From Eledone cirrhosa (lineage: Eukaryota): DNA of 64,000 bases. The translations under genes and the position numbers were made by a program. Each line of letters starts with the position of its first letter. The first letter of the stretch is position 1. The notes below the pieces were generated by a model. That model worked only from the letters and a program-made list of their open reading frames with translations, had not been told where the DNA came from and did not search any database. Below, one piece after another: positions 54,301-64,000 of this stretch. Where the stretch lies: the NCBI GenBank assembly GCA_964016885.1, contig OZ024744.1, positions 26,908,001 through 26,972,000 on the forward strand. Reading direction: 5' to 3'.

Positions 54301-57300
54301 CAGACGTCTCCACCGCTACGGCTAGGCATCTCAGTGCATGTGGTGGTAAGAAGGGAGGTAACCTTAGGGCCAGGGACACCAGAAGACTTCACTGTTACGG
54401 CTAGGCATCTCAGTGCATGTGGTGGTAAGAAGGGAGGTAACCTTAGGGCCAGGGACACCAGAAGACTCCACTGTTACGGCTAGGCATCTCAGTGCATGTG
54501 GTGGTAAGAATGGAGGTAACCTTAGGGCCAGGGACACCAGGAGTCTCCACTGTTACGGCTTGGCATGTCAGTGCATGTGGTGGTAAAAAAGGAGGTAACC
54601 TTAGGGCCAGGGACACCAGAAGTCTCCACTGCTACGGCTAGGCATCTCAGTGCATGTGGTCGTAAGAAAGGAGGTAACCTTAGGGCCAGGGACACCAGAA
54701 GTCTCCACTGCTACGGCTAGGCATCTCAGTGCATGGGGTGGTAAGAAAGAAGTAACCTTAGGGCCTTGGAAACCAGAAGTCTTCACTGTTATGGCTAGGC
54801 ATCTCAGTGCATATGGTGGTAAGAAGGAAGTAACCTTAAGGCCAAGGACACCAGAAGTCTCCACTGTTACGGCTAGGCATCTCAGTGCATGTGGTGGTAA
54901 TAAGGGAGGTAACCTTAGGTCCAGGAACACCAGAAGTCTCCACTGTTACGGCTAGGCATCTCAGTGCATGTGGTGGTAAGAAGGGAGGTAACCTTAGGGT
55001 TTGGGACACCAGAAGTCTCCACTGCTACGGCCAGGCATCTCAGTGCATGTGGTGGTAAGAAGGGAGGTAACCTTAGGGCCAGGGACACCAGACGTCTCCA
55101 CCGCTACGGCTAGGCATCTCAGTGCATGTGGTGGTAAGAAGGGAGGTAACCTTAGGGCCAAGGACAGCAGAAGTCTCCACTGCTACGGCGAGGCATCTCA
55201 GTGCATGTGGTGGTAAGAAAGGAGGTAACCTTAGGGCCAGGGACTCCAGAAGTCTCCACTGTTACGGCTAGGCATGTCAGTGCATGTGGTGGTAAGAAAG
55301 GAGGTAACCTTAGGGCCAGGGACACCAGAAGTCTCCACTGCTACGGCTAGGCATCTCAGTGCATGTGGTGGTAAGAAGGGAGGTAACCTTAGGGCCAGGG
55401 ACACCAGAAGTCTCCACTGTTACGGCTAGGCATGTCAGTGCATGTGGAGGTAAGAACGGGGGTAACCTTAGGGCAAGGACACCAGAAGTCTCCACTGCTA
55501 CGGCTAGGCATCTCAGTGCATGTGGTGGTAATAGGGAGGTAACCTTAGGTCCAGGAACACCAGAAGTCTCTACTGTTAAGGCTAGGCATCTCAGTGCATG
55601 TGGATGTAAGAAGGGAGGTAACCTTAGGGCCAAGGACACCAGAAGTCTCCACTTTTACGGCTAGGCATGTCAGTGCATGTGGTGGTAAGAAGGAAGTAAC
55701 CTTAGGGCCAGGGACACCAGAAGTCTCCACTGCTACGGCTAGGCATTCTCAGTGCATGTGGTGGTAAGAAGGGAGATAACCTTAGGGCCAGGGACACCAG
55801 AAGTCTCCACTGTTACGGCCAGGCATCTCAGTGCATGTGGTGGTAAGAAGGGGGTAACCTTAGGGCCAAGGACACCAGAAGTCTCCACTGTTACGGCTAG
55901 GCATCTCAGTGCATGTGGTGGTGAGAAGGGAGGTAAACTTAGGGCCAAGGACACCAGAAGACTCCAGTGTTACGGCTAGGCATCTCAGTGCATGTGGTGG
56001 TAAGAAGGGAGGTAACCTTAGGGCCAAGGACACCAGAAGTTTCCACTGCTACCGCTAGGCATCTCAGTGCATGTGGTGGTAAGGAGGGAGGTAACCTTAG
56101 GGCCAGGGACACCAGAAGACTCCACTGTTACGGCTAGGCATCTCAGTGCATGTGGTGGTAAGAAGGGAGGTAATCATATGGCCAAGGCCACCAGAAGTCA
56201 CCACTGCTACGGCTAGGCATCTCAGTGCATGTGGTGGTAAGAAGGGAGGTAACCTTAGGGCCAGGGACACCAGAAGTCCCCACTGTTACGGCTAGGCATC
56301 TCAGTGCATGTGGTGGTAAGAAAGGAGGTAACCTTAGTGCCAAGGACACCAGAAGTCTCCACTGTTACGCCTAGGCATCTCAGTGCATGTGGTGGTAAGA
56401 AGGGAGGTAACCTTAGGGCCAAGGACACCAGAAGTCCCCACTGCTACGGCTAGGCATCTCAGGGCATGTGGTGGTAAGAAGGGAGGTAATCTTAGGGCCA
56501 GGGACACCAGAAGTCTCCACTGTTACGGCTAGGCATCTCAGTGCATGTGGTGGTAAGAAGGGAGGTAACCTTAGGGCCAAGGACAGCAGAAGTCTCCACT
56601 GCTACGGCGAGGCATCTCAGTGCATGTGGTGGTAAGAAAGGAGGTAACCTTAGGGCCAGGGACTCCAGAAGTCTCCACTGTTACGGCTAGGCATGTCAGT
56701 GCATGTGGTGGTAAGAAAGGAGGTAACCTTAGGGCCAGGGACACCAGAAGTCTCCACTGCTACGGCTAGGCATCTCAGTGCATGTGGTGGTAAGAAGGGA
56801 GGTAACCTTAGGGCCAGGGACACCAGAAGTCTCCACTGTTACGGCTAGGCATCTCAGTGCATGTGGTGGTAAGAAGGGAGGTAACATTAGGGCCAGGGAC
56901 ACCAGAAGACTCCACTGTTACGGCTAGGCATCTCAGTGCATGTGGTGGTAAGAAGGGAGGTAACCTTACGGCCAGGGACACCAGAAGTCTCCACTGTTAC
57001 GGCTAGGCATGTCAGTGCATGTGGAGGTAAGAACGGGGGTAACCTTAGGGCAAGGACACCAGAAGTCTCCACTGTTACGGCTAGGCATCTCAGTGCACGT
57101 GAATGTAAGAAGGGAGGTAACCTTAGGGCCAAGGACACCAGAAGTCCCCACTGCTACGGCTAGGCATCTCAGGGCATGTGGTGGTAAGAAGGGAGGTAAC
57201 CTTAGGGCCAGGCACACCAGAAGTCTCCACTGTTACGGCTAGGCATCTCAGTGCATGTGGTGGTAAGAAGGGAGGTAACCTTAGGGCAGGGACACCAGAA

Positions 57301-58943
57301 GTCTCCACTGTTACGGCTAGGCATGTCAGTACATGTGGTGGTAAGAAGGGAGGTAACCTTAGGGCCAGGGACACCAAAAGTCTCCACTGCTACGGCTAGG
57401 CATCTCAGTGCATGTGGTGGTAAGAAGGGAGGTAACCTTAGGGCCAGGGACACCAGAAGACTCCACTGTTACGGCTAGGCATCTCAGTGCATGTGGTGGT
57501 AAGAATGGAGGTAACCTTAGGGCCAGGGACACCAGAAGTCTCCACTGTTACGGCTTGGCATGTCAGTGCATGTGGTGGTAAAAAAGGAGGTAACCTTAGG
57601 GCCAGGGACACCAGAAGTCTCCACTGCTACGGCTAGGCATCTCAGTGCATGTGGTCGTAAGAAAGGAGGTAACCTTAGGGCCAGGGACACCAGAAGTCTC
57701 CACTGCTACGGCTAGGCATCTCAGTGCATGTGGTGGTAAGAAAGAAGTAACCTTAGGGCCTTGGAAACCAGAAGTCTTCACTGTTACGGCTAGGCATCTC
57801 AGTACATGTGGTGGTAAGAAGGAAGTAACCTTAAGGCCAAGGACACCAGAAGTCTCCACTGTTACGGCTAGGCATCTCAGTGCATGTGGTGGTAATAAGG
57901 GAGGTAACCTTAGGTCCAGGAACACCAGAAGTCTCCACTGTTACGGCTAGGCATCTCAGTGCATGTGGTGGTAAGAAGGGAGGTAACCTTAGGGTTTGTG
58001 ACACCAGAAGTCTCCACTGCTACGGCCAGGCATCTCAGTGCATGTGGTGGTAAGAAGGGAGGTAACCTTAGGGCCAGGGACACCAGACGTCTCCACCGCT
58101 ACGGCTAGGCATCTCAGTGCATGTGGTGGTAAGAAGGGAGGTAACCTTAGGGCCAGGGACACCAGAAGACTTCACTGTTACGGCTAGGCATCTCAGTGCA
58201 TGTGGTGGTAAGAAGGGAGGTAACCTTAGGGCCAGGGACACCAGAAGACTCCACTGTTACGGCTAGGCATCTCAGTGCATGTGGTGGTAAGAATGGAGGT
58301 AACCTTAGGGCCAGGGACACCAGGAGTCTCCACTGTTACGGCTTGGCATGTCAGTGCATGTGGTGGTAAAAAAGGAGGTAACCTTAGGGCCAGGGACACC
58401 AGAAGTCTCCACTGCTACGGCTAGGCATCTCAGTGCATGTGGTCGTAAGAAAGGAGGTAACCTTAGGGCCAGGGACACCAGAAGTCTCCACTGCTACGGC
58501 TAGGCATCTCAGTGCATGGGGTGGTAAGAAAGAAGTAACCTTAGGGCCTTGGAAACCAGAAGTCTTCACTGTTATGGCTAGGCATCTCAGTGCATATGGT
58601 GGTAAGAAGGAAGTAACCTTAAGGCCAAGGACACCAGAAGTCTCCACTGTTACGGCTAGGCATCTCAGTGCATGTGGTGGTAATAAGGGAGGTAACCTTA
58701 GGTCCAGGAACACCAGAAGTCTCCACTGTTACGGCTAGGCATCTCAGTGCATGTGGTGGTAAGAAGGGAGGTAACCTTAGGGTTTGGGACACCAGAAGTC
58801 TCCACTGCTACGGCCAGGCATCTCAGTGCATGTGGTGGTAAGAAGGGAGGTAACCTTAGGGCCAGGGACACCAGACGTCTCCACCGCTACGGCTAGGCAT
58901 CTCAGTGCATGTGGTGGTAAGAAGGGAGGTAACCTTAGGGCCA
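51343..58943 (+). repeat. Near-perfect tandem duplication with period 3,783 bp (48 monomers)
   Basis: ORF pairs 51527/55310, 51956/55739, 53104/56887, 53813/57596 and 54601/58384 all differ by 3,783. Rare variants GGCATTCTC, GGGAGATAACC, TTAGTGCC and CCTTACGGCC are shared. Confidence 0.92.
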
Positions 58944-60555
58944 GGGACACCAGAAGACTTCACTGTTACGGCTAGGCATCTCAGTGCATGTGGTGGTAAG
59001 AAAGGGGGTAACCTTAGGGCCAAGGACAGCAGAAGTCTCCACTGCTACGGCGAGGCATCTCAGTGCATGTGGTGGTAAGAAAGGAGGTAACCTTAGGGCC
59101 AGGGACACCAGAAGCCTCCACTGTTACGACTAGGCATGTCAGTGCATGTGGTGCATGTGGTGGTAAGAAAGCAGGTAACCTTAGGGCCAGGGACACCAGA
59201 AGTCTCCACTGCTACGGCGAGGCATCTCAGTGCATGTGGTGGTAAGAAGGGAGGTAACCTTAGGGCCAGGGACTCCAGAAGTCTCCACTGTTACGGCTAG
59301 GCATGTCAGTGCATGTGGTGGTAAGAAGGGAGGTAACCTTAGGGCCAGGGACTCCAGAAGTCTCCACTGTTACGACTAGGCATCTCAGTGCATGTGGTGG
59401 TAAGAAGGGAGGTAACCTTAGGGCCAGGGACACCAGAAGTCTCCACTGTTACGGCTAGGCATCTCAGTGCATGTGGTGGTAAGAAGGAAGTAACCTTAGG
59501 GCCAGGGACACCAGACGTCTCCACTGCTACGGCTAGGCATCTCAGTGCATGTGGTGGTAAGAAGGGAGGTAACCTTAGGGCCAGGGACACCAGAAGACTT
59601 CACTGTTACGGCTAGGCATCTCAGTGCATGTGGTGGTAAGAAGGGAGGTAACCTTAGGGCCAAGGACAGCAGAAGTCTCCACTGCTACGGCGAGGCATCT
59701 CAGTGCATGTGGTGGTAAGAAAGGAGGTAACCTTAGGGCCAGGGACTCCAGAAGTCTCCACTGTTACGGCTAGGCATGTCAGTGCATGTGGTGGTAAGAA
59801 AGGAGGTAACCTTAGGGCCAGGGACACCAGAAGTCTCCACTGCTACGGCTAGGCATCTCAGTGCATGTGGTGGTAAGAAGGGAGGTAACCTTGGGGCCAG
59901 GGACACCAGAAGTCTCCACTGTTACGGCTAGGCATCTCAGTGCATGTGGTGGTAAGAAGGGAGGTAACATTAGGGCCAGGGACACCAGAAGACTCCACTG
60001 TTACGGCTAGGCATCTCAGTGCATGTGGTGGTAAGAAGGGAGGTAACCTTAGGGCCAGGGACACCAGAAGTCTCCACTGTTACGGCTAGGCATGTCTGTG
60101 CATGTGGAGGTAAGAACGGGGGTAACCTTAGGGCAAGGACACCAGAAGTCTCCACTGCTACGGCTAGGCATCTCAGTGCATGTGGTGGTAATAAGGGAGG
60201 TAACCTTAGGTCCAGGAACACCAGAAGTCTCTACTGTTAAGGCTAGGCATCTCAGTGCATGTGGATGTAAGAAGGGAGGTAACCTTAGGGCCAAGGACAC
60301 CAGAAGTCTCCACTTTTACGGCTAGGCATGTCAGTGCATGTGGTGGTAAGAAGGGGGTAACCTTAGGGCCAAGGACACCAGAAGTCTCCACTGTTACGGC
60401 TAGGCATCTCAGTGCATGTGGTGGTGAGAAGGGAGGTAAACTTAGGGCCAGGGACACCAGAAGACTCCACTGTTACGACTAGGCATCTCAGTGCATGTGG
60501 TGGTAAGAAAGGAGGTAACCTTAGGGCCAGGGACACCAGAAGTCTCCACTGTTAC

Positions 60556-63500
60556 GGCTAGGCATCTCAGTGCATGTGGATGTAAGAAGGGAGGTAACCT
60601 TAGGGCCAAGGACACCAGAAGTCTCCACTTTTACGGCTAGGCATGTCAGTGCATGTGGTGGTAAGAAGGAAGTAACCTTAGGGCCAGGGACACCAGAAGT
60701 CTCCACTGCTACGGCTAGGCATTCTCAGTGCATGTGGTGGTAAGAAGGGAGATAACCTTAGGGCCAGGGACACCAGAAGTCTCCACTGTTACGGCCAGGC
60801 ATCTCAGTGCATGTGGTGGTAAGAAGGGGGTAACCTTAGGGCCAAGGACACCAGAAGTCTCCACTGTTACGGCTAGGCATCTCAGTGCATGTGGTGGTGA
60901 GAAGGGAGGTAAACTTAGGGCCAAGGACACCAGAAGACTCCAGTGTTACGGCTAGGCATCTCAGTGCATGTGGTGGTAAGAAGGGAGGTAACCTTAGGGC
61001 CAAGGACACCAGAAGTTTCCACTGCTACCGCTAGGCATCTCAGTGCATGTGGTGGTAAGGAGGGAGGTAACCTTAGGGCCAGGGACACCAGAAGACTCCA
61101 CTGTTACGGCTAGGCATCTCAGTGCATGTGGTGGTAAGAAGGGAGGTAATCATATGGCCAAGGCCACCAGAAGTCACCACTGCTACGGCTAGGCATCTCA
61201 GTGCATGTGGTGGTAAGAAGGGAGGTAACCTTAGGGCCAGGGACACCAGAAGTCCCCACTGTTACGGCTAGGCATCTCAGTGCATGTGGTGGTAAGAAAG
61301 GAGGTAACCTTAGTGCCAAGGACACCAGAAGTCTCCACTGTTACGCCTAGGCATCTCAGTGCATGTGGTGGTAAGAAGGGAGGTAACCTTAGGGCCAAGG
61401 ACACCAGAAGTCCCCACTGCTACGGCCAGGCATCTCAGTGCATGTGGTGGTAAGAAGGGAGGTAACCTTAGGGCCAGGGACACCAGACGTCTCCACCGCT
61501 ACGGCTAGGCATCTCAGTGCATGTGGTGGTAAGAAGGGAGGTAACCTTAGGGCCAGGGACACCAGAAGACTTCACTGTTACGGCTAGGCATCTCAGTGCA
61601 TGTGGTGGTAAGAAGGGAGGTAACCTTAGGGCCAGGGACACCAGAAGACTCCACTGTTACGGCTAGGCATCTCAGTGCATGTGGTGGTAAGAATGGAGGT
61701 AACCTTAGGGCCAGGGACACCAGGAGTCTCCACTGTTACGGCTTGGCATGTCAGTGCATGTGGTGGTAAAAAAGGAGGTAACCTTAGGGCCAGGGACACC
61801 AGAAGTCTCCACTGCTACGGCTAGGCATCTCAGTGCATGTGGTCGTAAGAAAGGAGGTAACCTTAGGGCCAGGGACACCAGAAGTCTCCACTGCTACGGC
61901 TAGGCATCTCAGTGCATGGGGTGGTAAGAAAGAAGTAACCTTAGGGCCTTGGAAACCAGAAGTCTTCACTGTTATGGCTAGGCATCTCAGTGCATATGGT
62001 GGTAAGAAGGAAGTAACCTTAAGGCCAAGGACACCAGAAGTCTCCACTGTTACGGCTAGGCATCTCAGTGCATGTGGTGGTAATAAGGGAGGTAACCTTA
62101 GGTCCAGGAACACCAGAAGTCTCCACTGTTACGGCTAGGCATCTCAGTGCATGTGGTGGTAAGAAGGGAGGTAACCTTAGGGTTTGGGACACCAGAAGTC
62201 TCCACTGCTACGGCCAGGCATCTCAGTGCATGTGGTGGTAAGAAGGGAGGTAACCTTAGGGCCAGGGACACCAGACGTCTCCACCGCTACGGCTAGGCAT
62301 CTCAGTGCATGTGGTGGTAAGAAGGGAGGTAACCTTAGGGCCAGGGACACCAGAAGACTTCACTGTTACGGCTAGGCATCTCAGTGCATGTGGTGGTAAG
62401 AAGGGGGGTAACCTTAGGGCCAAGGACAGCAGAAGTCTCCACTGCTACGGCGAGGCATCTCAGTGCATGTGGTGGTAAGAAAGGAGGTAACCTTAGGGCC
62501 AGGGACACCAGAAGCCTCCACTGTTACGACTAGGCATGTCAGTGCATGTGGTGCATGTGGTGGTAAGAAAGCAGGTAACCTTAGGGCCAGGGACACCAGA
62601 AGTCTCCACTGCTACGGCGAGGCATCTCAGTGCATGTGGTGGTAATAGGGAGGTAACCTTAGGTCCAGGAACACCAGAAGTCTCTACTGTTAAGGCTAGG
62701 CATCTCAGTGCATGTGGATGTAAGAAGGGAGGTAACCTTAGGGCCAAGGACACCAGAAGTCTCCACTTTTACGGCTAGGCATGTCAGTGCATGTGGTGGT
62801 AAGAAGGAAGTAACCTTAGGGCCAGGGACACCAGAAGTCTCCACTGCTACGGCTAGGCATTCTCAGTGCATGTGGTGGTAAGAAGGGAGATAACCTTAGG
62901 GCCAGGGACACCAGAAGTCTCCACTGTTACGGCCAGGCATCTCAGTGCATGTGGTGGTAAGAAGGGGGTAACCTTAGGGCCAAGGACACCAGAAGTCTCC
63001 ACTGTTACGGCTAGGCATCTCAGTGCATGTGGTGGTGAGAAGGGAGGTAAACTTAGGGCCAAGGACACCAGAAGACTCCAGTGTTACGGCTAGGCATCTC
63101 AGTGCATGTGGTGGTAAGAAGGGAGGTAACCTTAGGGCCAAGGACACCAGAAGTTTCCACTGCTACCGCTAGGCATCTCAGTGCATGTGGTGGTAAGGAG
63201 GGAGGTAACCTTAGGGCCAGGGACACCAGAAGACTCCACTGTTACGGCTAGGCATCTCAGTGCATGTGGTGGTAAGAAGGGAGGTAATCATATGGCCAAG
63301 GCCACCAGAAGTCACCACTGCTACGGCTAGGCATCTCAGTGCATGTGGTGGTAAGAAGGGAGGTAACCTTAGGGCCAGGGACACCAGAAGTCCCCACTGT
63401 TACGGCTAGGCATCTCAGTGCATGTGGTGGTAAGAAAGGAGGTAACCTTAGTGCCAAGGACACCAGAAGTCTCCACTGTTACGCCTAGGCATCTCAGTGC

Positions 63501-64000
63501 ATGTGGTGGTAAGAAGGGAGGTAACCTTAGGGCCAAGGACACCAGAAGTCCCCACTGCTACGGCCAGGCATCTCAGTGCATGTGGTGGTAAGAAGGGAGG
63601 TAACCTTAGGGCCAGGGACACCAGACGTCTCCACCGCTACGGCTAGGCATCTCAGTGCATGTGGTGGTAAGAAGGGAGGTAACCTTAGGGCCAGGGACAC
63701 CAGAAGACTTCACTGTTACGGCTAGGCATCTCAGTGCATGTGGTGGTAAGAAGGGAGGTAACCTTAGGGCCAGGGACACCAGAAGACTCCACTGTTACGG
63801 CTAGGCATCTCAGTGCATGTGGTGGTAAGAATGGAGGTAACCTTAGGGCCAGGGACACCAGGAGTCTCCACTGTTACGGCTTGGCATGTCAGTGCATGTG
63901 GTGGTAAAAAAGGAGGTAACCTTAGGGCCAGGGACACCAGAAGTCTCCACTGCTACGGCTAGGCATCTCAGTGCATGTGGTCGTAAGAAAGGAGGTAACC
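60556..64000 (+). repeat. Tandem duplication with period 2,138 bp (27 monomers), second copy truncated by the window end
   Basis: ORF pairs 60715/62853 and 61119/63257 share the offset, and variant order matches from about 62694 to the end of the window. Confidence 0.85.

Larger units (their letters stand above)
47663..60579 (+). repeat. Dispersed block duplication with 9,388-bp offset: 47663-51191 vs 57051-60579
   Basis: ORF pairs 47735/57123, 49626/59014, 50582/59970 and 50867/60255 all differ by 9,388. Both copies carry the 9-bp-insertion monomer and CACGTGAATG. Confidence 0.88.
1..64000 (+). repeat. 79-bp tandem satellite DNA array, about 810 head-to-tail monomers, running off both window edges
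   Basis: The landmark GGTAACCTTAGGG recurs every 79 bp (e.g. TTAGGG at 24 and 103; then 181 after a 78-bp unit; then 260). Most monomers differ from consensus at only a few positions. Length variants of 78 bp (AAGAAGGAAG, AAGAAGGGG, TTAGGGCAGGG), 77, 80 and 88 bp occur. No non-satellite interruption seen. Confidence 0.99.

Noticed and set aside
24-63463. Hundreds of 60-109 aa ORFs on both strands (MSLALRLPPFLPPHALRC..., MHVVVRREVTLGPGTPE...)
   Set aside because: 79 is not a multiple of 3, so reading frames rotate through the monomer and hit stops. ORFs pass the length cutoff mainly where a 78-bp monomer or a start-like codon variant occurs. They overlap on both strands, often start at GTG/TTG, and show no recognisable domain or codon-position bias.
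1-64000. CRISPR array or other repeat-spacer system
   Set aside because: There are no unique spacers. The entire 79 bp is conserved between units, with only scattered substitutions, and there are no cas genes or leader.
1-64000. True telomere tract or telomerase-synthesised long repeat
   Set aside because: There is no run of consecutive perfect TTAGGG. Variants are inherited in multi-kb blocks, which indicates recombinational amplification rather than copying from one RNA template.
1-64000. Tandem tRNA, 5S, snRNA or spliced-leader gene cluster
   Set aside because: The unit is tRNA-sized but has no cloverleaf, no GTTCRA B-box, no oligo-T Pol III terminator and no Sm site.
1-64000. One fixed higher-order repeat spanning the window
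   Set aside because: Periods differ by region (788, 1657, 2138, 2680, 3783, ~4180 and 11595 bp), and none is repeated more than two or three times. The structure is a patchwork of duplications.

Overview
The whole 64 kb window is one uninterrupted head-to-tail tandem satellite array of about 810 copies of a 79-bp monomer, all in one orientation. Consensus read by eye: TTAGGGCCA(G/A)GGACACCAGAAGTCTCCACTG(T/C)TACGGCTAGGCATCTCAGTGCATGTGGTGGTAAGAAGGGAGGTAACC (about 54% GC, G-rich + strand). I saw no unique sequence, transposon insertion, inversion, RNA gene or real protein-coding gene. All listed ORFs are by-products of the repeat. The array resembles eukaryotic centromeric, pericentromeric or subtelomeric heterochromatin, but organism and chromosomal position cannot be read from the sequence. 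The information lies in the order of monomer variants. They define nested multi-monomer duplications (3-, 10-, 21-, 27-, 34-, 48-, 53- and 147-monomer periods), including a near-perfect 11,595-bp tandem duplication. They also define a layered layout in which the two outer domains share variants absent from a homogeneous central domain. The monomer has degenerate telomere-like hexamers, an internal diverged duplication, one retained CpG, and UGCAUG and 5' splice-site-like motifs, whose function is speculative. I found no novel gene-encoded system.
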